Source: Candidatus Rokuibacteriota bacterium (GTDB lineage Bacteria > Methylomirabilota > Methylomirabilia > Rokubacteriales > CSP1-6). From it: a stretch of DNA of 64,000 nucleotides. The notes beneath the pieces are model-generated. The model saw only the letters and a program-made list of their open reading frames with translations. It was not told the origin of the DNA and made no database searches. The stretch covers positions 6,646 to 70,645 of the forward strand of contig QHSI01000129.1 in the NCBI GenBank assembly GCA_003221515.1. The letters run 5' to 3'. Positions 37,615 to 47,350 of the stretch are shown here, piece after piece (the stretch's first letter is position 1; every line of letters begins with the position of its first letter). Position numbers and translations under genes: made by a program.

Positions 37615-39156
37615 GTGTCCGTGGGAGAGCACCCTTCCTTGATATCCGCCACCGTGGCGGGGGTGTGGGGCCGGCGAAGGACGCTCGCGCTCGCCGTTTT
37701 CGCCACGGCTCTCGCCGGCACCCTGACTCTCGCGGCGGCGCTCCCCGGCGTCTACCGCGCCACGGCAACCGTGTTGGTGGAGCGCCAGGACATGCCGGGA
37801 GCGTTCGCGCGGGCCGCGATCACGGGAGACCTCGAAGCCCGGCTGCACCGGATCGGGCAGGAAATCCTGAGCCGGGCGCGACTCGCGATGCTCATGGACC
37901 ACTTCGATCTCTACCCCGAGCTGCGGTCAGCCGGCGCGCTCGAGGCGGCGGTCGACAGGATGCGGCGCGATATCCAGGTCGAGCTCAAGGGTGTCGTCGA
38001 GCCGGTGGCCGGGCGGGGGACGACGGTCGCTTTCACGGTGAGCTTCCGTGGCCGCGATCCGGAGGCGGTGGCGCGCGTCGCGAACGCCGTGACGTCCTTC
38101 TACGTCGAGGAGAACGTCAAGATCCGCGAACGGCAGGCCGCCGACGCCGCCAAGACCCTGAACGACCAGCTCGAGGAGGCGCAGCAGAAGCTGCGGGACC
38201 AGGAGCGCCGGATCAACGCGTTCAAGTGGCGTCACCTCGGCCAGCTCCCCGAGCAGGTGACGTCGAACCTGTCGACGCTCACGCAGCTGAACACCCAGCT
38301 CGGGATCAACAACAGCAGCCAGACCCGCGTCCTCGAACGGCGTGACGCCCTCTCCCGGCGACTCGACGGCGGGGGGACGTCCGCCGAGGCCAAGGGCGAG
38401 GAGGCGCCGGGTGCGCGTCTGGCCCGCCTGAAGCAGGATCTGATTCGAATGCGAAAGCTCTTTAGCGACAAATATCCGGACGTCGTCGCGCTGGAGGCGG
38501 AGATCGCGGCACTCGAGCTACCGGCGGCGGGCGCCGACGGCACGCCGCCCGAGCACACCATCGCCGGAATCAGGAAATCACTGACCGATCTGGACGCCGA
38601 GATGAGCGCGCTGAAGGACGAGGAAAAACGGCTGCGGCGCGACCTTGTCACGTATCAGCGTCGGATCGAAGCCGCGCCGGAGCGAGACCTGGAGCTGCAG
38701 GAGATGTCGCGTGACTACCGGACGACGCAGGAGCTCTACGACACCACGCTCAAGCGCGTTCAGGCGGAGAGCATGGAGCGCCGTCGGACCGGCGAGGAGT
38801 TCCGGATCCTGGATCCGGCGGTGACGCCCCGCCAGCCGGTGGCGCCGAACCGCCTCCGTATGGTCCTCGTCGGCCTGATGCTGGCGCTCGGGGGCGCCAC
38901 CGTCGCGGTGGTGCTGGCCGAGCACATCGACACGTCGTTCCACACGCTCGACGATTTGCGGGCGTTCACCAAGGTGCCCGTGCTGGCCAGCGTTCCGCGC
39001 ATCGTACGGGCGACCGACACGGCGAGGCAGGCGCGCCAGCGCTGGCTGGCGGCGGCCTTGATCACGCTCGGACTCGTGCTCATCGTCGTGGTGCTCCATC
39101 GGCTCGCCGCGGGGAACTACTTTCTGGTGGAGGCGCTCTTGCGAGGCGCGTCGTGA
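37615..39156 (+). CDS. Polysaccharide chain-length determinant (Wzc N-terminal/GumC-like)
   Basis: YRATATVLVE, ILSRARL, YSDKYPD-like FSDKYPDVVAL, coiled coils, FRILDPAVTP...PNR, two TMs; GTG start uncertain. Confidence 0.85.
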   Translation: MSVGEHPSLISATVAGVWGRRRTLALAVFATALAGTLTLAAALPGVYRATATVLVERQDMPGAFARAAITGDLEARLHRIGQEILSRARLAMLMDHFDLYPELRSAGALEAAVDRMRRDIQVELKGVVEPVAGRGTTVAFTVSFRGRDPEAVARVANAVTSFYVEENVKIRERQAADAAKTLNDQLEEAQQKLRDQERRINAFKWRHLGQLPEQVTSNLSTLTQLNTQLGINNSSQTRVLERRDALSRRLDGGGTSAEAKGEEAPGARLARLKQDLIRMRKLFSDKYPDVVALEAEIAALELPAAGADGTPPEHTIAGIRKSLTDLDAEMSALKDEEKRLRRDLVTYQRRIEAAPERDLELQEMSRDYRTTQELYDTTLKRVQAESMERRRTGEEFRILDPAVTPRQPVAPNRLRMVLVGLMLALGGATVAVVLAEHIDTSFHTLDDLRAFTKVPVLASVPRIVRATDTARQARQRWLAAALITLGLVLIVVVLHRLAAGNYFLVEALLRGAS

Positions 39157-39166
39157 GGCAGGACCA

Positions 39167-40066
39167 ATGTATCTGAGCTTCTACGGCCTCGCCGAGCGCC
39201 CGTTCAACACGACGCCGGACCCAAGGTTTCTGTATCTCACACGGGGACACCGGGAGGCGCTGGCGCAGCTCGTGTACAGCGTGCGTGAGAATCGCGGCTT
39301 CCTGGTGTTGACCGGCGAAGTCGGAACCGGCAAGACCACGCTGCTCCAGGCACTCCTCGAGCGGCTCGACGGCAAGACCGCCGCCGCGTACGTGTCCACT
39401 TCCACGCTCTCATTCCACGGCTTGCTCGAGTACACCCTGGAGGAGCTGGGCGTCCCGGCGCCGAAGGCGACACCGGCCCAGCGTCTCCTCGCCCTCCGGC
39501 GCGTCCTCATCGACCGTCGGCGCGCGGGCCAGGGCACCGTGCTGATCCTCGACGAGGCCCAGAACTTCGGGATGGCGACGCTCGAGCAGATCCGGCTGCT
39601 GTCGAACTTCGAGACGCGAACGGACAAGCTGCTCCAGATCCTGCTCGTGGGCCAGCCGGAGCTCAGGGCCAAGCTCGACCGTCGCGAGCTCAGGCAGCTT
39701 CGCCAGCGGGTGGAGCTGCAGTGCAATATCAACGCGTTGTCGTCCGAGGAGGTCAGTCACTACATCCAGACTCGCCTACGGGTCGCCGGCTCGCGCGACG
39801 GCGATCTGTTCAGCGATCAGGCCCGGGCCCAGATCGCCGCGTACTCTCGGGGAATCCCTCGACGTATCAATGTGCTCTGTGACCACTGTCTCGTCATCGG
39901 CCTGGCCGAACAGCGGCGGCGGATCGAGGTCGATATCGTCGCCGAGGCGATCGAGTCGGTCGACCCGGTCCGCCGCGGCCTGCCCCGGCTCACGAGGTCG
40001 GCGCGGCTCGACACCACGCATCTCCGGACGCTCGTGCGTCAGATGCGGGAGCTCGTCCTCCGATGA
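39167..40066 (+). CDS. ExeA-like AAA ATPase (PEP-CTERM/EPS-locus-associated type)
   Basis: FYGLAERPF...PDPRFLY, GEVGTGKTT, LILDEAQN, LLVGQPEL, GIPRRINVLCD. Confidence 0.85.
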   Translation: MYLSFYGLAERPFNTTPDPRFLYLTRGHREALAQLVYSVRENRGFLVLTGEVGTGKTTLLQALLERLDGKTAAAYVSTSTLSFHGLLEYTLEELGVPAPKATPAQRLLALRRVLIDRRRAGQGTVLILDEAQNFGMATLEQIRLLSNFETRTDKLLQILLVGQPELRAKLDRRELRQLRQRVELQCNINALSSEEVSHYIQTRLRVAGSRDGDLFSDQARAQIAAYSRGIPRRINVLCDHCLVIGLAEQRRRIEVDIVAEAIESVDPVRRGLPRLTRSARLDTTHLRTLVRQMRELVLR

Positions 40067-40929
40067 GCAAATTCTTCGAGGCTCTCCAGCGAGCCGAGCG
40101 GTCAGCGACTCCTTCCGTGCCGGCTCCAGCCTCCGCCGAGCCCCCGCCGATGATGGAGCCGCGCCTCCCGCCGCCAGCCTTGGCCCCTCGCCCCGCGGTA
40201 GCCGCGTCTCTGCGCTCTGCGAGCGTCGAGTTGCATCTCGTCAGCCTGCTCGAGCCCGCGTCGTTCGAAGCGGAAGAGTATCGCGTGCTCCGCCACGCCG
40301 TGGAGACGCTGCACAAGGACGCCCACCTCCAGATCGTGTCGGTCACGAGCCCGGGCATGGGCGACGGCAAAACCACGACCGCGATCAACCTCGCAGGGGC
40401 CCTCGCGCAGTCCACCGACGCGCGCGTCCTGCTGGTGGACATCGACCTTCGCCGGCCGGCGGTGGCGCGGCACCTCGGGCTCGCCCACTCCAAGCGCTGT
40501 CTACTGGACGCGCTCCTGGATCCGGGCGTCAAGCTTGAGGACACGGTGGAGCATATTGCGCGATTCAACCTCTCGGTGCTGCCGGCCGGCGGGCCCGAGG
40601 CCGTCCCGTACGAGATCCTGACGTCGCCCAGACTGGAGGAGTTGCTCAACGAAGCGCGGCGGCGTTACGACTTCGTCGTGCTCGACGCGCCGCCATTCGT
40701 CCCCGTCCCTGACTGCCGGCTGCTCACGAAGTGTGTCGACGGATTCGTGGTCGTGGTCGCGACACATCGGACTCCGCGCGGCATGCTGGCGGAGACGCTG
40801 AACCTCATCGATCCGGCGAAGTTGGCGGGCCTTGTGTTCAACGGCGACGTCGCCCCCCGCTCCAGCTATTACCGCGTAGCGGAGCCGACTCCTGTCGCTC
40901 GTTGGCGCCGTCCGTGGAGGAGCCCGTGA
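40063..40929 (+). CDS. CpsD/CapB family bacterial tyrosine kinase
   Basis: EAEEYRVLR, SPGMGDGKTT, LLVDIDLRRP, VVLDAPP, GLVFN, C-terminal YY. Confidence 0.85.
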   Translation: MSKFFEALQRAERSATPSVPAPASAEPPPMMEPRLPPPALAPRPAVAASLRSASVELHLVSLLEPASFEAEEYRVLRHAVETLHKDAHLQIVSVTSPGMGDGKTTTAINLAGALAQSTDARVLLVDIDLRRPAVARHLGLAHSKRCLLDALLDPGVKLEDTVEHIARFNLSVLPAGGPEAVPYEILTSPRLEELLNEARRRYDFVVLDAPPFVPVPDCRLLTKCVDGFVVVVATHRTPRGMLAETLNLIDPAKLAGLVFNGDVAPRSSYYRVAEPTPVARWRRPWRSP

Positions 40930-41003
40930 ACATCGTCGCGCTGGGCGGCGGCACCGGGCTGCCGGTCGTGCTCACCGGGTTGCGTCGCTACTCGCTCGGC
41001 TGA
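40926..41003 (+). pseudogene. N-terminal remnant of a YvcK/CofD-like (UDP-sugar-binding) gene
   Basis: GTGA overlap; MNIVALGGGTGLPVVLTGLRRYSLG-stop resembles the YvcK GGGTG N-terminus. Confidence 0.6.
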
Positions 41004-41012
41004 AGTTTACTC

Positions 41013-42146
41013 ATGGAGAGACTTGTCGTCATCGTCGGCTTCTTGATCGGGCTGCGCGCCACGTGGCGGGGCGGCGGACGCGGCGGTCCCGAGCGCGTGC
41101 TGCTCCTGGGGACCGGCTCGCTAGCGCGCGCGATCGTCAAGGAGATCGAGCGGCAGCCGGAGCCGCGGTGCACCGTCGCCGGCGTGGTCGGTGATGCGCC
41201 CCCCGCGCCTGGGTGGCTGTCGAACTGTCCGCATCTGGGAACGCTCGAGGACATCGGTCGCCTCATCGAGGAAACCCGTCCCGATCGCATCGTCGTGGCG
41301 CTCTCCGAGAGGCGGGGGCGCCTGCCGATTTGCCGCCTGCTCGAGTCAAGGGCACGCGGAATCGTGGTCGAGGACGGCGCCGATACCCTCGAGCGCCTGA
41401 CCGGGAAGCTCGCCCTCGAGACGGTCCCGCCGAGCAGCCTCATCTTCTCTCGCGAGTTCGCGAAGTCCCGCGGGCAGCTGGCCCTGGCGCGAGCGCTCAG
41501 CGTTTTAATGGCGGTGGTCGGACTGATCGTGCTGGCCCCCGTCTTCGGCCTCGTCGCGCTGCTCGTCAAGGTGGGCTCAGGGGGCCCGGTGTTCTTCGTT
41601 CAGGAGCGCGTGGGATGGTTGGGGCGGCCGTTTAAGCTGATCAAGTTCCGCACCATGGACCCGATCCAACGACCGAGCTCCGAGTGGGTGCGTGACAACA
41701 CCGATCGGATCACCCGGGTCGGCCGGTGGCTCCGGAGATGCCGGCTCGATGAGCTGCCCCAGCTCGTGAACGTCCTCCGAGGCGACATGAACCTCGTCGG
41801 CCCGCGACCGCATCCGGTGACGAACTTCCAGCTCCTGATGCTGACGGCACGAAACATGAGCGAACGATCCGGCGAAGCGATCCCGTACTACTCGTTGCGC
41901 TGCGCGATCCGGCCGGGCATCACCGGGTGGGCGCAGGTCCGCTACGGATACGCCAACTCGCTCGAGGAAGAGCTCGAGAAGATCGGGTACGACCTGTACT
42001 ACATCAAGCACATGTCGCTCTGGCTGGACCTTCGCGTCGTCTTCGAGACGGCCAGGACGATGTTCTCGGGCCGCGGCTCGAGCACGGCGGACGCGGCGAG
42101 CGCCCGTGAGGGTCGACTCGAAGAGCCCGCCGGGCGGGCGGCCTGA
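41013..42146 (+). CDS. Priming polyprenyl glycosylphosphotransferase (bacterial sugar transferase)
   Basis: FKLIKFRTM, RITRVGRWLR, LDELPQL, GDMNLVGPRP, RPGITGWAQV, DLYYIKHMSLWLD. Confidence 0.9.
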   Translation: MERLVVIVGFLIGLRATWRGGGRGGPERVLLLGTGSLARAIVKEIERQPEPRCTVAGVVGDAPPAPGWLSNCPHLGTLEDIGRLIEETRPDRIVVALSERRGRLPICRLLESRARGIVVEDGADTLERLTGKLALETVPPSSLIFSREFAKSRGQLALARALSVLMAVVGLIVLAPVFGLVALLVKVGSGGPVFFVQERVGWLGRPFKLIKFRTMDPIQRPSSEWVRDNTDRITRVGRWLRRCRLDELPQLVNVLRGDMNLVGPRPHPVTNFQLLMLTARNMSERSGEAIPYYSLRCAIRPGITGWAQVRYGYANSLEEELEKIGYDLYYIKHMSLWLDLRVVFETARTMFSGRGSSTADAASAREGRLEEPAGRAA

Positions 42147-42153
42147 CGGCAAC

Positions 42154-42477
42154 ATGATCGAGGCGACGCTGATCACCGCCATCCAGAGCCGGACCGCGCG
42201 GGTGGGCGTGATCGGCCAGGGCTACGTCGGTCTCCCGCTCGCGGCCGAGTTCGTTCGCGCGGGATTCTCCGTCACGGGCCTGGACACCGACCTTGAGGCG
42301 GCCGACGGCGTGCTGATCCTGACCGATCATCCCGTGGTCGACTACCGGCACGTCGTGGAAGGTGCCCGGCTGGTGGTGGACACGGGCAACGTGACCTGGG
42401 GCATGCGTGTCGGCGGGCCGGGTCGTCCGGCCGTAGATCGCGTCACTGTGGAGTTGCGGCGACGGGCCGCACACTGA
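42154..42477 (+). pseudogene. Nucleotide-sugar dehydrogenase (WecC/WbpA-like) with most of the gene deleted in frame
   Basis: N-terminal VGVIGQGYVGLPLA...VTGLDTD is joined directly to C-terminal ADGVLILTDH...VVDTGN; 107 aa versus about 430 aa typical. Confidence 0.75.
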
Positions 42478-42479
42478 TC

Positions 42480-43850
42480 ATGACATCGAGCTACCGACTC
42501 CATCGCGCTCACGACGAGACCTGGTGGCGTGCCACTCCCCCGGTCGACGTGCGGAATCTCTCCGACGTCACCGAGAGCGTGCCGCCTTCCAGAGACGGGA
42601 GCTCGATCCCGTTCTGGGCCCTCATGAGCTTCTCGTTCATCCTGCTGGTTGCGCCGCAGGAGCTGTTTCCATCGCTGGCGCCACTGCGCATCGCGCTGGT
42701 GGCGGCGTCGCTTGCCATCATCGTGTATCTGAGCGATCGGTTGGTCCGCCGGCAGCGGCTCACGCTCCTCACGCGCGAGATCGGGCTGACGGCCGCGCTC
42801 GCCGGGTGGGCGATCATGACAATCCCGCTGTCCGTCTGGCCCGGTGGCAGCGTCGCCTTCGTTCTCGGGTTCTACCTCAAGTCGCTGGCCGTCTTCTGGC
42901 TGCTCAGCAACGTGGTGGATACCTCGAAGCGGCTCTACCAGGTCTTCTGGGGGCTCTGCCTGATGGCCCTTCCCGTGGCCGGAACCGCGGTCGTGCACTT
43001 CCTCTCGGCGTCGTTCCTTCCGGGGCTCGCCGCCCAGTTCCCGAAGCGCATCGTCGGCTACGACGCCCCGCTCACGGGGAACCCCAACGACCTCGCCCTC
43101 ATGCTCAACATGCTCATCCCGCTAGGCGTCGCGCTCTTCCTGGGCGCACGACGCCTGGCGCTCCGGATCATGCTTCTCGCCGTGATCGCGCTCGACGTCC
43201 TTGCGGTGATCCTCACGTTCTCGCGCGGCGGGTTCCTGACCCTGGCGACGATCGGCGGGATCTATCTCTGGAAGCTCCGGAGGCGACCGGAGCGCGTGTG
43301 GGCGTGGACGGCGCTCGTTCTGGCGATCGCCTGCCTGCCCCTTCTGCCGTCCGGATACACCGACCGCCTCGCGACCATTACGAATCTCGACTCGGACGTC
43401 ACCCGCTCGGCGCGGCTCAGGTGGGACGACACCTTCACCGCGATCCGGTTCGTCGTCGCCAACCCGATCGTGGGCGGCGGCGTCGGAATGAACGCGCTGG
43501 CCCTCAACCACGAGCGGGGTTTCGGCTGGAGCGCGATCCACAACGTGTACCTCGAGTACGCCGTCGAGCTGGGTCTCCCGGGCTTCGTCCTCTTCGTTCT
43601 ACTGCTGGGCGCGTCCATCAAATCCGTGATGGAGGTGCACCGGGGTTCCGCCCGGGTCCCGGGTGCGCGCGACTTGTTCTTGCTCGCCGAAGGGATCCAG
43701 ATCAGCCTGGTGGCGTTCGCGGTGGCGGCGTTCTTCCACCCGGTGGCCTATCACCTCTACTTCTATTACTTCGCAGCGCTGGCGGTCGCCGTCCGAAGCG
43801 TGTGGGCGGACCACGAGCGCGCCGCGGTCTCCCGCGATCGACAAGGCTGA
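42480..43850 (+). CDS. O-antigen ligase/Wzy-like polymerase
   Basis: About 11 TMs; GNPNDLA, LTFSRGGFL, NPIVGGG, HNVYLEYAVELGLPG. Confidence 0.8.
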   Translation: MTSSYRLHRAHDETWWRATPPVDVRNLSDVTESVPPSRDGSSIPFWALMSFSFILLVAPQELFPSLAPLRIALVAASLAIIVYLSDRLVRRQRLTLLTREIGLTAALAGWAIMTIPLSVWPGGSVAFVLGFYLKSLAVFWLLSNVVDTSKRLYQVFWGLCLMALPVAGTAVVHFLSASFLPGLAAQFPKRIVGYDAPLTGNPNDLALMLNMLIPLGVALFLGARRLALRIMLLAVIALDVLAVILTFSRGGFLTLATIGGIYLWKLRRRPERVWAWTALVLAIACLPLLPSGYTDRLATITNLDSDVTRSARLRWDDTFTAIRFVVANPIVGGGVGMNALALNHERGFGWSAIHNVYLEYAVELGLPGFVLFVLLLGASIKSVMEVHRGSARVPGARDLFLLAEGIQISLVAFAVAAFFHPVAYHLYFYYFAALAVAVRSVWADHERAAVSRDRQG

Positions 43851-43860
43851 AGAGCGGACG

Positions 43861-44901
43861 ATGCAGAACCGCCCGAGCGCCTCGTCGATCGAAATCTTCT
43901 CCACGTGCCCGCCGTGGAGCGGAGGCGACGGGCGGACGTACCTCGACGCCGTCGTCGTCGCGGCCCACTGGAGCGAAGCGGCGGGCTGCCGGGGGATGCT
44001 GGTCTACGCCGACAACGCGCAGGTCGATCCGTGGCTCGTCACGCACACGATCGTCCAGCAGACGACGTCGCTGTCTCCGCTCGTGGCGGTCCAGCCGGTG
44101 TACATGCACCCCTATTCGGTCGCGAAGCTGGTCACCTCGATCGGACACCTCTACCGCCGGCGCCTGTACCTCAACATGGTGGCGGGCGGCTTCAAGAACG
44201 ACTTGACGGCCCTGCACGACACCGCACCCCACGACCGACGCTACGACCGGCTCGGCGAGTACACGACCATCGTTCAGCGGCTTCTCGGCAGCTCCGCGCC
44301 GGTGACCTACGCGGGCGAGTTCTACACGGTGACCCTCCTCAAGCTGACGCCGCCGCTGGACGGGAGCCTGTTCCCGGGCATCTTCGTGTCGGGCTCGTCC
44401 GAGGCGGGCCTGGTGACCGCGCGGGCGCTCGGCGCCACCGCAATCGAATACCCGAAGCCCGCCAGTGAGTACGCGGCCGCCGCGCCCGACGGGGTCACGA
44501 GTGCCGGGATCCGCGTGGGCGTCATCAGCCGCGAGCGCGACGACGAAGCCTGGGAGGTCGCCAACGCCCGCTTCCCCGAGGACCGGAGAGGGCAGCTCTC
44601 CCACCAGCTCGCGATGAAGGTGTCGGACTCGGTCTGGCACAAGCAGCTGTCGAAGCTGAGCGACCTCGGCGCGCGGAGCCCCTACTGGCTCGTCCCGTTT
44701 CAGAACTACAAGACCATGTGTCCCTATCTGGTCGGCAGTCACGATCGGGTCGGGGATGAGCTTGCCACGTATCTCGAGGTCGGCTACCGGACCTTCATTC
44801 TGGACGTGCCGGTCAGCCTCGAGGATCTCCAGCACACCATGCGCGCCTTTCGACGGGCGCTCGAGACAGCACGATGCCAGAGCTACTCCACGAGTGGGTG
44901 A
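43861..44901 (+). CDS. LLM-class flavin-dependent monooxygenase (SsuD-like)
   Basis: PLVAVQPVYMHP, RLYLNMVAGG, IFVSGSS, LVGSHDRV. Confidence 0.8.
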   Translation: MQNRPSASSIEIFSTCPPWSGGDGRTYLDAVVVAAHWSEAAGCRGMLVYADNAQVDPWLVTHTIVQQTTSLSPLVAVQPVYMHPYSVAKLVTSIGHLYRRRLYLNMVAGGFKNDLTALHDTAPHDRRYDRLGEYTTIVQRLLGSSAPVTYAGEFYTVTLLKLTPPLDGSLFPGIFVSGSSEAGLVTARALGATAIEYPKPASEYAAAAPDGVTSAGIRVGVISRERDDEAWEVANARFPEDRRGQLSHQLAMKVSDSVWHKQLSKLSDLGARSPYWLVPFQNYKTMCPYLVGSHDRVGDELATYLEVGYRTFILDVPVSLEDLQHTMRAFRRALETARCQSYSTSG

Positions 44902-46487
44902 GCCGTCAGGCGCGCCGGCGGCCTGATGCGGTCGCCGTTGTCGGCGAGCGCGAGACGCTCACCTATGCCCAGCTGGAATCTCTGTCCAACCGGCTCGCGC
45001 GGATACTGAAGCGGGGCGGCTGCCGGCGGGGCGAGCGCGTTGCGCTGCTCATGCCCAAGTCGCCGACGGCGATCGTCAGCCTGCTCGGAATCTACAAGGC
45101 CGACTGCGTCTACGTGCCGCTCGATCCGGCAAGTCCGCCGCGCCGCCTGGCGAAGATCCTCGAGGCATGTGACAGCGCCTGGCTCCTCGCGGGCGGGCCG
45201 GTCACGGATCTGCTCGCTGCGCTCGTCGACGACGACCGGTCGGTGGGTTCGATCGCGGTCGGATGGATGGACGCGAAGCCATTGCACGTGGGCCCCTTCG
45301 GCGGCGGTGGCTTCGGACTCGGCGATCTCCAGAGCTGCTCGGACGATCCGCTCGAGTACGAGAACACCCGTCACGATCCGGCGCACATCCTGTTCACCTC
45401 GGGCTCGACCGGGATTCCCAAGGGTGTCGTCATCACGCACGACAACGTGATCCATTTCGTCGGCTGGGCGACGACCTACTTCGGCATGGACTCGTCGGAG
45501 CGCGCGTCGGCGCACGCCCCGCTCAACTTCGACCTGTCGGTGTTCGACATCTTCGGCACCTTCGCCGTCGGCGGGCGGCTGCACCTGGTGCCGCCGGAGC
45601 TCAATCTCCTTCCCAATCAGCTGGCCGAGTTCGTCCGGCACGCGGAGCTGACGCAGTGGTTCTCGGTCCCGTCGGTGCTGAACTACCTGGCCAAGTTCGA
45701 CGTGGTGAGGCGCGGCGACTTTCCGACCCTGCGGCGCGTCCTCTGGTGCGGCGACGTCCTGCCCACGCCGTCGCTGATGTACTGGATGGAGCGGCTGCCC
45801 CACGTGCGCTTCACGAATCTCTACGGTCCGACCGAAGCGACCATCGCCAGTAGCTACTACACGGTTCCCGGATGCCCGCCCGATCCGCACGCGCCGATCC
45901 CGATCGGCGTCGCCTGCGACGGAGAGGAGCTCCTCGTTCTCGACGCGTCGATGGAGCCGGTCCTGCCCGGCGAGGCGGGGGAATTGTGGATCGGCGGCGT
46001 GGGGCTCAGCCCCGGCTACTGGCGCGATCCCGCCAGGACCGCGGAGGCGTTCCGGCCTCATCCGAGCCGTGCGAAGGCGCCCGGGCGGATCTACCGGACC
46101 GGCGATCTCGCCAGGGTCGGCGACGACGGGCTCGTGTACTTCCTCGGGCGCACGGACTCCCAAATCAAGAGCCGCGGCTATCGCATCGAGCTCGGCGAGA
46201 TCGAGGCGGCGCTCAACGCGCTCGCCGGGCTACAGGAGTGCGCAGTCGTCGCGATTCCCTCCGGAGGATTCGAGGGCACGACGATCTGTTGTGCCTACGT
46301 CCCCGCGCCCGGCGCGGCCCTCACGCCGGCAGCGCTCCGGCGCGAGCTGAGCAACGCGGTGCCGCCGTACATGCTGCCGGCCCGCTGGCGGGCGTTCGAT
46401 CGCTTTCCTCGGAACGCCAACGGCAAGACCGATCGGCGCCGTCTCAAGGAGGTCTTCGAGGCCAATGCAACTGAAGCCAATCGATAG
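44874..46487 (+). CDS. Stand-alone amino acid adenylation enzyme (DltA-like)
   Basis: LFTSGSTGIPKG, NFDLSVFD, VLWCGDVLP, NLYGPTE, YRTGD, QIKSRGYRIELGEIE, NGKTDR; no C or TE domain. Confidence 0.85.
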   Translation: MPELLHEWVSRQARRRPDAVAVVGERETLTYAQLESLSNRLARILKRGGCRRGERVALLMPKSPTAIVSLLGIYKADCVYVPLDPASPPRRLAKILEACDSAWLLAGGPVTDLLAALVDDDRSVGSIAVGWMDAKPLHVGPFGGGGFGLGDLQSCSDDPLEYENTRHDPAHILFTSGSTGIPKGVVITHDNVIHFVGWATTYFGMDSSERASAHAPLNFDLSVFDIFGTFAVGGRLHLVPPELNLLPNQLAEFVRHAELTQWFSVPSVLNYLAKFDVVRRGDFPTLRRVLWCGDVLPTPSLMYWMERLPHVRFTNLYGPTEATIASSYYTVPGCPPDPHAPIPIGVACDGEELLVLDASMEPVLPGEAGELWIGGVGLSPGYWRDPARTAEAFRPHPSRAKAPGRIYRTGDLARVGDDGLVYFLGRTDSQIKSRGYRIELGEIEAALNALAGLQECAVVAIPSGGFEGTTICCAYVPAPGAALTPAALRRELSNAVPPYMLPARWRAFDRFPRNANGKTDRRRLKEVFEANATEANR

Positions 46488-46977
46488 TCCTGAGCTCCTC
46501 CATGTGGTCGCCGGGTGGCTCGGCCAGAAAGAGAACTACCAGTGGCTGGACTTCGGCGACGGCAAGCAGATCGTCAGCCCGGAGTGGCTCAAGATCATGA
46601 CCCAGCGGGATACTTACTTCATCCGCGTGTGGACCTCCGACGAGGGCACGCCGATCGGGGTCGCGGGCCTCGACAGCGTGAATCGACTGTTCAAGACCGG
46701 GCGGTTCTGGTTCGTCGCCGGGGACAAGGCGTTCCGCGGACGTGGCTACTCCACCCGGGCGGCCGCCGGCGTGCTCACACTGGCCTTTCGCGATCTGGGC
46801 CTCCAGGCGGTGACGAGCTGGGCCGTCGACACCGATCCGCCCAATCCCTCGGTCGGCATCGCGATGCGCCTCAATTTCAGGATTATCGGCCGGCAACGCC
46901 GGTGTCACTACATCGATGGCCAAGCCTACGACCGCCTGTGGATGGATCTCCTCGCGTCCGAGCACAAGGAGCTCTGA
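46465..46977 (+). CDS. GNAT family N-acetyltransferase (RimJ/RimL-like)
   Basis: FRGRGY acetyl-CoA motif, NPSVGIAMRLNF, GRQRRCHYIDG. Confidence 0.8.
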   Translation: MQLKPIDSPELLHVVAGWLGQKENYQWLDFGDGKQIVSPEWLKIMTQRDTYFIRVWTSDEGTPIGVAGLDSVNRLFKTGRFWFVAGDKAFRGRGYSTRAAAGVLTLAFRDLGLQAVTSWAVDTDPPNPSVGIAMRLNFRIIGRQRRCHYIDGQAYDRLWMDLLASEHKEL

Positions 46978-46979
46978 GC

Positions 46980-47270
46980 ATGGACCGGGCCGCTGTCCAG
47001 CGACGAATCGCCGACTGGTTCCTGAGGAGCCTCAACGTCGAGATCCCGTCGCCCGAGACGGATCTGTTCGAGACCGGCGTGCTGAATTCCCTGGCCTTCG
47101 TGGAGCTGGTGCTCCACGTGGAGAAGGAATTCGGCGTCAAGATCACGCTGGAGCAGGTCGAGATCGATAGCTTCAGATCCGTCGAACGGATCGCCGCCTT
47201 TCTCCTCGACGACGGCGGCGCGACACCGCTCGCCGAGAGCGCCCCCACCGCGGTGGCTCGCGAGCCGTAA
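46980..47270 (+). CDS. Acyl/aminoacyl carrier protein 1
   Basis: DLFETGVLNSLAFVELV...EFGV; Ser retained but motif is NSL. Confidence 0.8.
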   Translation: MDRAAVQRRIADWFLRSLNVEIPSPETDLFETGVLNSLAFVELVLHVEKEFGVKITLEQVEIDSFRSVERIAAFLLDDGGATPLAESAPTAVAREP

Positions 47271-47350
47271 TACCGACGCCTCACCGCCGGCATTCGAGTT
47301 CACGCGGCGCCCGACGCCGCGCCTGGTGATGCCGGAAAGGAGCGGACGCC

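Noticed and set aside
41001-41003. TGA ending the YvcK stub as a second Sec codon
   Set aside because: No Cys-equivalent context or SECIS-like hairpin, and the next gene starts 10 nt later
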